Assembly: GCA_964016885.1 (NCBI GenBank)
Contig: OZ024749.1
Span: forward strand, 23,808,001 to 23,872,000
DNA: 64,000 nucleotides
Reading direction: 5' to 3'
Source of the DNA: Eledone cirrhosa
Lineage: Eukaryota
Below the pieces are notes generated by a model. That model made no database searches. It had not been told where the DNA came from and saw nothing but the letters and a program-made list of their open reading frames with translations. Positions 40,901 to 54,496 of this stretch are shown piece by piece (position 1 is the stretch's first letter; every line of letters begins with the position of its first letter). The translations under genes and the position numbers were made by a program.

Positions 40901-41509
40901 TATTATTCTTAATACATATTAACAATTTCTTTTCATCGCACATATTATTAAACCCTTCAATATACAAACCTTAACTTAACATTATTTTCTCTTCGTTAAT
41001 TTTCAAATTCTTTTAATTTATATATTATCTTCCAACGGTTTTTCAAACTCTCTATGTAAAACAATATATTTTTCTCAGTTATAAAAGCTATCTCTCTCTC
41101 TCTATCTCCCATCTCTCCTCCTATCTCATCCTTCCTTATTATACTCCTCGCCCTCCACTTTTTACTCTCATCTCCTCCTCTTTTTCATCATTTCCCCCCC
41201 CTCCATCAACATTTTTTTTAGCAATATCACACATCAATCTAAAACTACTTTTCATATGTTGATTTAAAACTTCACTATTCACAAGTGTGTTTTAACCTTC
41301 ATATCATGTCTTCCTATTTTATCTGACGAAAACGCAAATGTTATTGCATGATGATATTTGTTTTTGAAATAATGCGCATAATAAAATACATGGAACTCTT
41401 TTAACCATCTTTTGATCTCATATATCATGTATACTCCAGTCCTACAAACTGTAGAGTGCTTCTTATCCGATATCTGCATTGCTTTATTGTACTACAATAA
41501 AACTCACCT

Positions 41510-41513
<4 letters not shown>
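36903..41513. mobile_element. Penelope-like element (RT plus GIY-YIG) as a ~2.1-kb-arm inverted duplication, both ends in (TA)n
   Basis: Minus strand: ITMGASDSAQ..GIYRDDGL (RT), YYNNALSKAGY, C-rich linker, LIYECKV..YFGSTSTSFKARLYNH (GIY-YIG), CNLCLNEKFTII. 39417-41425 is the inverse of 36903-38966; HHRs at 36941-37007 (-) and 41317-41386 (+). Confidence 0.9.
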
Positions 41514-41565
<52 letters not shown>

Positions 41566-41568
<3 letters not shown>

Positions 41569-42280
41569 AGATTTGAATGGATACAGTTTAGTTGAAAGGA
41601 ATTTATTGACACGTGTTTCTATAACAGTTACATAACCTAAAACAGCTATCTACAAACTTTTAGTTATGCAGACATTCAATATTTCAATGTTATTATTTAC
41701 TGTCATTTCATCAGAATAATATTACTGAGGACCTATTTAGTTTTTATAGAGAATATTAGGAGAGAGGGGTGAAGTTGTTAGAAGAATAGTTGAAGGAGTG
41801 GTTTTTCGATAGCAGTGAGAATTCTTGGTGGCAGTGAGTAATTAGATTCCCATCTGTTGTTTTGACATTTTTTATAGAATATATTATTGGTTATTTTTCT
41901 AAGTCTATAGAAGGATTAGAGATAGTAAAGATATGCGTGGTTGGTTTTGTGTTTGCACTTAATTAACATTCAGACTTAAATTTTTCTTTCAAGTGTACGT
42001 ATCCTTTCACCCACGCATTCACACACAAATATATTTGCACACCTCTACAAAATACATATACTCACAATTCACATATTCATACTTACATATATATACACAT
42101 GCATACACATATATATACACACATGTATTCATGTACATACATACGCGCTCATGTGTATACATTTTCATACTCAACTTATCTTTATATACACACGTATAGA
42201 CACACACATATATACATACATACTCTAGTCCATGTGTACACACATACATACACATCCATATACACATACATACATACACA

Positions 42281-42336
<56 letters not shown>

Positions 42337-42775
42337 TACACATATATACATATACACACATATATATATATATAAGTACTTTAATACATGAATACACTTA
42401 CATCTAACTATACACATCAAACATATATATATATTTACTTATTTATATACATTTTCACATATATATACATACTTATGGACGTTTTTAGACACATTCATTA
42501 TCGCATATTTGTACCTATTCTCATCAGCATATCTTTTCATTATTAGTATGGTAATTTAAGGTTATTAATATATGTTGAGAAGAGATTGTTTTTATATTTT
42601 TCTAACTAGATTAAGGTTTATATAGTTGGGGGATGTCCCTCTTTAATGTAATATTCGGCTTGTAGTGGGAAAAAAGGGTTTTAGTTCTGTGACGGCAGAA
42701 TAATGTTCGTTCAATTCTGTTATTCAGCAGTTTCTTCTTGTGTGTGATTATGTGATTACAACACAACGGAAAATA

Positions 42776-42778
<3 letters not shown>
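41566..42778 (-). mobile_element. 3' fragment of a second Penelope-like element with HHR at 41603-41719
   Basis: HIITHKKKLLNNRIE..FCRH resembles a PLE GIY-YIG C-terminus; ttatt-CTGATGA-a-atgacagt...actgttat-a-GAAA-CACGTG-TC-aataa. Confidence 0.6.
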
Positions 42779-42820
<42 letters not shown>

Positions 42821-43384
42821 CATATATATATATTAATGCGTTCGCACACACACACATATATAAATATATATATACACGAGAACAAACATTTATATGAGAA
42901 CAAGTGTTACCTTACAATGTCACTTGATATAGTATTCTATAAAGTTTTATTTTACTATTTTACTATTTACATGAAACTCTGTAACACGTTTCTCCAAGAT
43001 ACTTCACTAAAATAATTTCTCGTTGGCGTGATGGTTACCTCTCTATAATTCTTAATGTTTTTGTTTCGTTCTAAATATGGGTTATTGTGTCTAGTCAAAT
43101 ATGAAACCATTAATTCAAGACTGGCTGACATCCATGTATCATAAATATTTATCAATTTATTATAAATAGTTACAAATAGGAAAACATATATATAATCAAA
43201 AATATATATAACCAACTACCAAAAAAAACAACAACACATTAATACCACTAATAACAGAAATAAAACTATCAGCACTGCCACAAATATCACTACCGCCAAT
43301 AGCATCAAGATCAACAAGAACATCAACGACAACCATACCACCAACAACAACAATAAAGCCACAATCACCACCAACAATAAAGAA

Positions 43385-43592
43385 TTCTAGTATAGGCACA
43401 AGGCCAGTAATTTGGAGGGACAGGAAAGATTAAATCGACCCAAGTACATTACTGGTGCTTTATTTTATCGACCCCGTAAGGATGAAAGGCAAAATTAACC
43501 TCGGCGGGATTTGAACTCAGACCATAAAGGGCCGTAACTCTTTACTGCAAAGCATGGCGTCCGACTCTCTACCGATACTGCCAATCCACCGC
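43385..43592 (-). mobile_element. Full-length Meta-domain-like SINE
   Basis: Reverse complement of the SINE consensus including the ggcggtggattggcagtatcgg head. Confidence 0.85.
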
Positions 43593-43659
43593 CAACCATA
43601 ATAACAAGAAGAACGACGACAACGGTACCACAATCCCCAACGGCAACAACAACTACACT

Positions 43660-44290
43660 ACCATGATTACTACCACCACTACCACCACCACCACAACCCA
43701 AAACAACAACATCAACGGCGACCATACCACCACCACCACCACCTACACCACCACCACCAACACCAGCACCACCACAACCCAAAACAACAACATCAACGGC
43801 GACCATACCACTACCACCACCACCACCACCACCACCACCACCACCACCACCAACACCAGCACCACCACAACCCAAAACTACATCAACGGCAACAATACCA
43901 CCACCACCAACACGAGCACCACCACAACCCAATACAATAACATCAACGGCGACCATACCAGCACCACCACCACCACCTCTACCACCACCAACACCAGCAC
44001 CACCTACAACCCAAAACAACAACATCAACGGCGACCATACCACCACTACCACCACCACCACCACCACCACAACCCAAAACAACAACATCAACGGCGACCA
44101 TACCACCATCACCACCACCACCACCACCACCACCACCACCACCACCACCAACACCACGTCCAACAACACCAACACTAACGATACAACTAACACCAACACC
44201 ACACAAATCATCAACGACGACCATACCACCACCACTTCCAAAACAAACACCAACGACAACGATACAACTACCACCAACATCACACCCCAA
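43660..44290. repeat. (ACC)n/(AAC)n-rich minisatellite
   Basis: Unit acaacccaaaacaacaacatcaacggcgaccatacc plus (ACC)n, about 6 copies. Confidence 0.9.
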
Positions 44291-45005
44291 CCCGATGAAG
44301 ATGATTATGATGGTGATGGTCATGATGATGATTATGAAGAAGGTTATGATGAGGAAGAGGAGAAGGATTGAGGATTATGGTGGTGGTGAAGATGTTGGTG
44401 AATATAATGATGATGAAGGTGATGACGTTGGTGGTGAAGTTGGTGGGGGCGTTGAAGACAATTCCGATCTATTTTATTTAGCTCCTAAATATATAGAGCA
44501 ATGGTTGGCGAGGATAAATAATAAAGAATAAAGAACATAGATTAAACATTAAGAAAATAAAACAATGCACAATGCAACAAAGCCAAGATGAAGACGATGG
44601 CTGCATGGAAAATGTCAAAAAAAAAAAAAAACGATAATAATAATAATAAAAATATTAATAATTCAACAAATAAAAATAGATAAAACAAATAAAATAAAAT
44701 ATGTAAAAAAAAAAAGAACAAAAACATATATAAAAATAAAAATATAAAAAAAGATAAAATAAAAGATAATAAAAGGAAATAAAATGATACAAAAAGTCCT
44801 ACCTAATATTCAATAAGAAGGAAAATACAATAATTTATAAAGCAAGAGAAATATTAACGCCAAACTCCCCTGGAATATATAATAGAAATAGCAACAATAA
44901 CAGAACTGCAGAAGTATCTTCATCATGGGATTTCTACAGGAATAACGAAAATAGTAAACACATTATTATAACATTGTTATATAAATATATTTATGTATGT
45001 ATGTG

Positions 45006-45065
<60 letters not shown>

Positions 45066-45068
<3 letters not shown>

Positions 45069-45822
45069 TTGCACACGGCACTGGACAGAATTGCTTCCAC
45101 ATCATTCATTCTCACCTCGGGAACAATTTTGAATAGCTCCAGATCGTAATTCGAACTCGGGAATTTTATATTCTCCGAGTGAAAAGAACCTTCTGACGAG
45201 AGTTTTTCTTTTCAATGGAGGCCCGCAGGACTATCCATTTATTTTTGAGACTCAAAACCGTTTCGGTAAAGGTAACCATAGTGAGTACAGTGAATATTTG
45301 GAAATTTATTTTGAAACTTTTTCTTATTTGCTAAACCTTGATAATATATGTTCTGGCTCGTTAATTTATTAACCTGCCATTGAACCACATTGGCATATGG
45401 TTGGATAATACAAGTGTCCCTATACGTTTTTTGCGTGAAGGGATATATACTTTATTATTATTAATATCCTCCTGGCCGAGATAAAATTTGGTCGTTTTGA
45501 CTACTGCTATTTGTGGCGGCAGTAGATTGACCTCCCTGCCTCTGCCTTCTATCTTTGCACACGACACTGGATAGTATTGCATCCACATCATTCATTCTCT
45601 TCTCGGGAACAATTTTGAATAGCGCCAGTTCGTAATTCGAATCTTATATTCTCCGAGTGAAAAGAACCTTCTGACGAGTGTTTATCATTTCAATGGAGGC
45701 CCGCAAGGACCATCCATTTATTTTTGAGACTCGAAACCGATTCGGTAAAGGTAACCATAGTAACTACAGTGAATTTTTGGAAATTTATTTTGAAACATTT
45801 TCTTATTTGCTAAACCTTGATT
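45066..45822 (+). repeat. ~478-bp-period partial tandem repeat with HHRs (45188-45273 mutated; 45666-45752 intact)
   Basis: acctt-CTGACGA-gt...actc-GAAA-CCG-att-CGG-TA-aaggt; TA arrays on both sides. Confidence 0.85.
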
Positions 45823-45992
45823 ATATATATATATATATGTATGTATATATGTGTGCGCGTATGTGTACGTGTATATACGTGTATATGTATGTATATGTAA
45901 CTATATATGTATATATGTATATGTATATATATATATATGTGTATATGTATATATATGTATATATATATGTATATGTATATGTGTGTATATAT

Positions 45993-46040
<48 letters not shown>

Positions 46041-46605
46041 GTGTGCGCGTGTGTGTACGTATGTAAATGTATATATATATATATGTGTGTACGTGCATAT
46101 ACGTGTATATGTATGTATATGTAACTATATATGTATATATGTATATGTATATATATATGTATATGTATATGTGTGTATATATATGTATATGTATATATAT
46201 ATATATGTATATGTATATAATATATATATATATGTATATATATATATATGAATATATATATGTATATATATATACATGTATATGTATATATATATATATA
46301 TATGTATATGTACATGTATATGTATATATATATATGTATATGTATATATATATATGTATATGTATATATATATATGTATATGTATATATATATGTATATG
46401 TATATATATATGTATATGTATATATATATATATGTATATGTATATATATATGTATATATATGTATGTATATATATATATATGTATATATATATGTATATG
46501 TATATATATGTATATGTATATATATATATATGTATATGTATGTATATATATATGAATGTATATATATATATATGTATGTACATATATATATATGTATACG
46601 TATAT

Positions 46606-47250
46606 AACTTTGAATAACTTTTAAATGTTTTGGCCAGTATTGGCCCAGGCCATGTCTAACTTAATAGCACCACCTGGCGAAGTCTTTCAATTCAGGATTT
46701 GGGCACCATCGCCCATTCGAGAAGAGAATTACTGTTTGCGGAGACATATCCGGGTGTGGGTGGTTTGTCCGGGATTACTTGGAGGAATTTGTCCAAAGAC
46801 TTCTTGAATTTTGTGTGGTCAGTTTCTGTTTTGACGTGTCCTGGTGTGATGTTGAAGAGAGCAGGGCCGATTGAGGTGAAATAATTGTGCCGTATTGTTG
46901 TTATGAGTTGCGATTTAGATTTTTGAATGGGACGGATAGCACGGGGCCCAAGCCTTGGGTGTATCTTGAAGGCGATGCCAACATCATTTGGGCAGTGATG
47001 ATGGAACATTTTCCACATCATGCAGATAATATAACGCTCACGGCGACGTTGGAGTGAGTAAAGTTTCAGGTTTTCCAATCGACCCCAGTAGTCAAGGTCT
47101 GACATGCCATCTATCTTTTTCGTGATTGCCCTTTGAGGAGCTTCAAGTTTCATGATACTTTGTTTCGTGTGGGGAGACCACAGTGGACAACAGTATTCAA
47201 GGTGTGGTCGGGCGAAAGTAGAGAAGAGAAGGATAATGGTGCGGGAATCT
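46606..47250 (-). mobile_element. CR1/L2-group LINE 3' fragment, copy 1
   Basis: [14 protein letters not shown]...[10 protein letters not shown]; ttcaaagtta-type tail; TA-type repeats on both sides. Confidence 0.9.
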
Positions 47251-47323
47251 ATATGTATGCATATATATATATATATATATATATATGGATTCATATATAT
47301 ATATATATGCATATATATATATG

Positions 47324-47371
<48 letters not shown>

Positions 47372-47379
47372 TATGTATG

Positions 47380-47415
<36 letters not shown>

Positions 47416-47443
47416 GATATGTATATATATATATATAGATATG

Positions 47444-47476
<33 letters not shown>

Positions 47477-47575
47477 GTATATATATATGTATATGTATAT
47501 ATATATGTATATGTATATATATATGTATATGTATATATATATGTTTATGTATATATATATATGTATATATATATG

Positions 47576-47606
<31 letters not shown>

Positions 47607-47607
47607 G

Positions 47608-47641
<34 letters not shown>

Positions 47642-47726
47642 CATATATATATTTATATATATATATATATATACATATATATATTTATATGTATATACAT
47701 ATGTATATATATATATATATATATAA

Positions 47727-47785
<59 letters not shown>

Positions 47786-47865
47786 CATATGTATATATAT
47801 ATATATATACATATATATACATATATATATTTATATATACATATATATATATATATATACATATG

Positions 47866-47901
<36 letters not shown>

Positions 47902-47925
47902 CATATATATATACATACGTATATA

Positions 47926-47967
<42 letters not shown>

Positions 47968-47968
47968 C

Positions 47969-48040
<72 letters not shown>

Positions 48041-48043
48041 CTA

Positions 48044-48073
<30 letters not shown>

Positions 48074-48077
<4 letters not shown>

Positions 48078-48424
48078 AACCAGTAAGGCCCCAAAAGTCT
48101 GGATACGGCGTGGTAGGGTCGGAAAGTGCTCTACTACGGGAGTAGGAGTTAGATAACGAAGGAAATGTGGTAAGGAACCAGGTGGACCATAACGCACCAA
48201 ATTACTCAATACTTGGGGTAGTAGAGTGGGTAATAGGAACCAGTAAGGCCCCAAAAGTCTGGATACGGCGTGGTAGGGTCGGAAAGTGCTCTACTACGGG
48301 AGTAGGAGCTAGATAACGAAGGAAATGTGGTAAGGAACCAGGTGGACCATAACGCACCAAAGTACTCAATACTTGGTGTAGTATAGTGGGTAATAGGAAC
48401 CAGTAAGACCCCAAAAGTCTGGAT
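48074..48424. repeat. 160-bp tandem repeat (~2.2 units) related to the half-HHR family
   Basis: taggaaccagtaag at 48074, 48234 and 48394. Confidence 0.85.
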
Positions 48425-48702
48425 AGTTCAGTTTTAAATCAACATATATATTGATTTAAAACTGAACTATCCACAAGTGTTTTTTAACCTTCATATCATG
48501 TCTTCATGTTTTATCTGATGAAAACACAAATATTATTGCATGATGCTATTTGTTTTTGAAATACGCATAATAAAATACATGGAACTCTTTTAACCATCTT
48601 TTGAACTTATATATTATGTATACTCCAATCCTACAAACTGTAGGTGTTTATTATACGATATCTGCATTGCTTTATTGTATTACAATTAAACTCACCTCCT
48701 AC
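48425..48702 (+). mobile_element. Solo PLE 3' end with HHR (~48509-48575) and short fold-back
   Basis: Matches 41260-41513; tagttcagttttaaatcaa/ttgatttaaaactgaacta inverted at the left end. Confidence 0.85.
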
Positions 48703-48735
48703 ATATATGTATATATATATATATATGTATATATA

Positions 48736-48766
<31 letters not shown>

Positions 48767-48827
48767 ATATATATATATATATGTATATATAATATAAATA
48801 TATATGTATATATAATATATATATATA

Positions 48828-49009
<182 letters not shown>

Positions 49010-49054
49010 ATATATATATATATGTATATATAATATATATATATATATATATAT

Positions 49055-51002
49055 GTAACCTCCAAAACAATATGATGTCTATCATCAACAATCAGAGAAG
49101 AGCTGAAGAGGCCTGGGCCATTGAGAAGATCAAACTCAATCCCAAAGTGTTCTTTTCATTTGCAAAAAAAAAAAAAAATCAATGCCTCCACTGTTGGCCC
49201 TCTAATTGATGAAAATGGCACTCTTCAAAACAATGCTAAAACCATGGGTGAGATACTGCAGAAACAATACTGCTCTCTTTTCAGCAATCCAGATATGGCC
49301 GATCTGGGCTGTATCGGCGATGTTACTCCCCATTACACCTTATCGGACATAACGTTTGGCGCCCCTGATGCCTTAGCGGCCATAAAGGAAATCAAGCATA
49401 GTTCAGCAGTAGGTCCCGATAGGTTCCCTGCTAGTGTCTTGAAGGCGTGTCAACACCAACTTGCATCTCCTCTTGCAAATCTGTGGCGGAACTCACTGGA
49501 TGCTGGATATGTGCCAGAAAACCTTCTATCCCAGTCTGTTATCCCAGTTTTCAAAAAAGGAAACAAATCCCTTGCCGTGAATTACCGTCCAATCTCACTC
49601 ACCTCTCATATCATTAAGATATTTGAGAGAGTGGTGAGATCGCGAATAACTCACTTCCTTGAGAGTAATAATATGCTGAACTCCAACCAGCATTGATTCC
49701 GTAATGGAAGGCATTGCCTGACGCAGCTACTGCATCACTTTGATGACATTTTGAGAGCCTTGGGAGAGGGTTCCAACACTGATGTTACCTACCTTGATCT
49801 ACATTCTAGTGAGAAAGCTGTCCAATATTGGTGTCACTGGAAAGCTGCTGCAGTGGATCAGGAGCTTCCTGTCAAACAGAACCCAACATGTTGTAGTCGA
49901 AGGAGTCAAATCAAGCCCAGCCAAAGTCAGTAGTGGGGTCCCACAAGGCACTGTGTTGGGCCTACTTCTCTTCATCATCTATATTAATGACATCACTGAC
50001 ATCATCAAACACAGCAACATTAGAATTTTCGCTGACGATTCCAGGCTCCAAAAGGTCATTGATGGCGTGGATGGCCGGATAAGCCTTCAGTCGGACCTAC
50101 TGGCTGTTACTCAATGGGCAGAAAAGAACAACATGTTACTGAACGAAGACAAATTCGAACTGATCCACTTTGGAAAAGAGGATGCTCTGAAACTCCCGTA
50201 CTCCCTTCCCTCCGGTGAAACTCTCGTGGCATCTAACAACATCAGAGAATTGGGAGTAACCGTGGACAGCAACATAAGCTGGGCCACGCATATAAGCAGC
50301 AAAGTTGACATGGCCCGCAGAATATGTTCCCGGATCCTCAGAACCTTCCAGTCGAGAGATTCCCACACCATTATCCTTCTCTTCTCTACTTTTGCCCGAC
50401 CACACCTTGAATACTCTTGTCCACTGTGGTCTCCCCACACGAAACAAAGTATCATGAAACTTGAAGCTCCCCAAAGGGCAATCACGAAAAAGATAGATGG
50501 CATGTCAGACCTTGACTACTGGGGTTGACTAGAAAAGCCGAAATTTTACTCACTCCAACGTCGCCGTGAGCGTTATATTATCTGCATGATGTGGAAAATG
50601 TTTCATCATCACTGCCCAAATGATGTTGGCATCACGTTCAAATTACACCCAAGGCTTGTGCCCCGTGCTATCCGTCCCTAACAAAAATCTAAATCGCAAC
50701 TCATAACAACAATATGGCACAATTATTTCACCTCAATTGTCCCTGCTCTCTTCAACATCACACAGGGACACGTCAAAACAGAAACTGACCACACAAAATT
50801 CAAGAAGTCTTTGGACAAATTCCTCCAAGTAATCCCGGACAAGCCACCCACACCCGGATATGTCTCCGCAAACAGTAATTCTCTTCTCGAATGGGCCATG
50901 GTGCCCAAATCCTGAATTGAAAGACTTCGCCCGGTGGTGCTATTAAGTTAGACATGGCCTGGGCCAATACTGGCCAAAACATTTCAAAGTTATTCAAAGT
51001 TA
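49055..51002 (+). mobile_element. CR1/L2-group LINE 3' fragment, copy 2 (stop codon and deletion)
   Basis: [22 protein letters not shown]; same family as copies 1 and 3. Confidence 0.9.
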
Positions 51003-51069
51003 TATATAAGTATATATGTATGCATATATATATACATATGTATACATATATGTATATATGTATGTATAT

Positions 51070-51454
51070 TGTCAAGGCAGAATTCTAGGAGAAGGAAAAC
51101 TCGGATATAACACCTGCAAACCGGATGGTGTCGAATGATGTTGACTTGTTCTTCTGTTTGACAATATCATCTTGGTTAAGAGAGTAGGACTGGCTTTGTG
51201 CAGTGTCATTGCTCACTATCAAAGCTTCACGGCGCAGGCATTGCTTTATATATGGAGATCTCTCTGCAATTGTCATCACATGTTCCATGGTCGCAGATCT
51301 ATGTGTCAATAATTGTCACAAGTGTAGTGTTTGTACCAGAGTTTCAAGTTGCTGGCTGGACCAAAGAGTCACACTCGTTCAGCGCATCGGTAGGGGTTCT
51401 TCTACATGGATATAAAATAGTGGCCGTACTAGAAAACGAGTTGGCAGCCACCAT
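51070..51454 (+). mobile_element. 5'-truncated non-autonomous RTE derivative
   Basis: Matches 51763-52148. Confidence 0.8.
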
Positions 51455-51540
51455 ATATATATATATGTATATCTATAGATATATATATGTATGTATATAT
51501 GTATGTATGTATGTATGTATATATAGATGTATATATGTAT

Positions 51541-52148
51541 GTCAGGTCACCACTTGGTGCTACTGGTAACATGTATCCCAGTACAACCTGTCCCATGGTC
51601 GGGTCGTTGGCGACTAAACTGGCAACCCCACCAAGGTTTCTTGGTGAGGAGGGTGATTTTAGACATCCTGCAGGACTAAAAACAAAACCTGTCAAAGGGC
51701 AAAGGAGCTCTTAAGAGTCAATGGCCATCCAAAATCACCGGGAGAGATGACCCCTTAGCCTTTGTCAAGGCAGAATTCTAGGAGAAGGAAAACTCTGATA
51801 TAACATCTGCAACCCTGATGGTATCCAATGATGTTGACTTGTTCTTCTTTTTGGTAAATATCATCTTGGTTAAGAGAGTGGGACTGGCTTTGTGCAGTGC
51901 CTTTGCTCACTATAAAAGCTTCACGGCACAGGCATTGCTTTATATCTGGAGATCTCTCTGCACTTGTCGTCACATGGTACCCTGGGCCCAGCACTATGTG
52001 TCAATGATTGTCGCAAGTGTAGTGTTTGTACCAGAGTTTTCAAGTTGCTGGCTGGACTAAAATGTCACTCGTTCAGCGCATTGGTAGGAGTTCTCCTACA
52101 TGGATATAAAGTAGTGGCCGTACTCGAAAACGAGTTGGCAGCCACCAT
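51541..52148 (+). mobile_element. Full ~610-bp non-autonomous RTE derivative
   Basis: gtcaggtcacc...ctaggagaaggaaaactctga...gtggccgtactcgaaaacgagttggcagccaccat; (TATG)n flanks. Confidence 0.8.
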
Positions 52149-52159
52149 ATATGTATGTT

Positions 52160-52191
<32 letters not shown>

Positions 52192-52493
52192 TATATATAT
52201 ATATATGTATGTATATATGTATGTATGTATATATGTATGTATGTATATATAGATGTATATATGTATATATGTATGTATGTATATATAGATGTATATATGT
52301 ATGTATATATATATATATATATGTATGTATATATATATATGTATGTATATATGTATGTATATATATATATGTATGTATATATATATATGTATGCATGTAT
52401 ATATGTGTATGTATATATATATGTGTTATGTATATATATATGTATATGTAAATATATATATATGTATATGTAAATATATATATATATGTATGT

Positions 52494-52525
<32 letters not shown>

Positions 52526-52601
52526 ATATATGTATGTGTATGTATATATGTATGTGTATGTATATATGTATGTGTATGTATATATATATGTATATGTATA
52601 T

Positions 52602-53042
52602 ATGGAGAAAGACTGTATATGAGGGAAAAGTTGCCTTTGAGGCATCTCGAATCGCACACGAGAAAGTAAAGCGGGACGTGAGGAAGGGTATTGCTGTTGC
52701 ACTTCCAGACGGCGAGGGTCCTCCTATGTTTCTGACATGCAGCGTCTGTGCGAGACTCTGCCTAAGCAAAGCTGGACTCGAAAGTCATCTTCGCAGTCAT
52801 AAAGTAAGACCAGTGGTTGACTACCAGGCTGCTGTTGGAGATGCTACTCATCATGCTTGCCAAACATGTGGTAGAGAATGTAAATCAGCAGGAGGACTCA
52901 AGCGACATGCAAAAGTACACGAACTCCAACCACAGCCGACTATTCCCAGTAAATGTTTTGGTTGCCGACTCTGTGCAAGACATTTTGGATCATTGGCTGG
53001 GCTAAAAAGCCACATTCGATCGCAGCACTGTTAGTTGCTATC

Positions 53043-53082
<40 letters not shown>

Positions 53083-53161
53083 GCTTATGTGCGTGCGTGT
53101 GTGTGTATATATGTATGAATATGTATATTATTATTGTTGTTGTCGTTATTATTATTATTGC

Positions 53162-53204
<43 letters not shown>

Positions 53205-53272
53205 TTTTTTTTTTTATTTTTTTTTTTTTTTATTGTGCAATGGCCATACTCGATAACGAGGGGGCAGCCATC

Positions 53273-53274
<2 letters not shown>
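52602..53274 (+). mobile_element. 3' end of an RTE LINE with three C2H2 zinc fingers
   Basis: [61 protein letters not shown]; 3' end tggccatactcgataacgagggggcagccatcat. Confidence 0.75.
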
Positions 53275-53312
<38 letters not shown>

Positions 53313-53346
53313 ATATGTATGTATATATATATGTGTATGTATGTAC

Positions 53347-53385
<39 letters not shown>

Positions 53386-53558
53386 AATAGATATATATAT
53401 ATGTATAGATATATGTATGTATAGATATATATGTATAGATATATGTATGTATAGATACATGTATGTATAGATATATATATATAGATATATATAAATGTAT
53501 ATATATATATGTATAGATATATATATGTATATATATGTATAGATATAAATATGTATAG

Positions 53559-53608
<50 letters not shown>

Positions 53609-53630
53609 GTATAGATATGAATATGTATAG

Positions 53631-53675
<45 letters not shown>

Positions 53676-53877
53676 TATATATATAGGTATAGTTATATAT
53701 ATGTATAGATACATATATATATATAGTTATATATATGTATAATTATATATATATATATATGTATAGATATATAAATGTATAGATATATATATATATATGT
53801 ATAGTCATAAATATGTATGTATATATATATGTATAGTTACATATATGTATGTGTATGTATATATATATGTGTGTATG

Positions 53878-53918
<41 letters not shown>

Positions 53919-54332
53919 ACATATATGTATATGTATATATATATTAATATGTATATATATATATATATGTATATGCATGTATATGTATAGATATAGATGT
54001 GTATGTATATATATGTACGTGTATGTATATATATGTATGTGTATGTATATATATATGTATGTGTATGTAGATATATATGTATGTATATATATATGTATGT
54101 GTATGTAGATATATATATATGTACATTTATGTATGTATATATATGTATGTCTATGTATATGTATGTGTATGAATATATATATATGTATATTTATGTATGT
54201 ATATATATGTATGTGTATATATATATATATATGTATGTGAATATATATATATATATATGTATGTGTATATATATATATGTATGTATATATATATATGTAT
54301 ATGTATATATAAGAATATGTATATATATATAT

Positions 54333-54436
<104 letters not shown>

Positions 54437-54496
54437 TATATATATATATATATATGCATATATGCATGTATATATTTATATATGTATGCCTATGTA

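Noticed and set aside
43495-44531. Thr/His/Gly/Val-rich ORFs as mucin-like genes
   Set aside because: The trinucleotide minisatellite is open in several frames on both strands, and one ORF runs into a SINE.
51541-51630. HDV-like ribozyme call at the 5' end of the RTE derivative
   Set aside because: Hairpins are present, but I could not assemble the P1/P1.1/P3 double pseudoknot by eye.
52486-53034. Host C2H2 zinc-finger gene
   Set aside because: It begins abruptly in microsatellite and ends in an RTE-type 3' terminus, so it fits a LINE C-terminus better.
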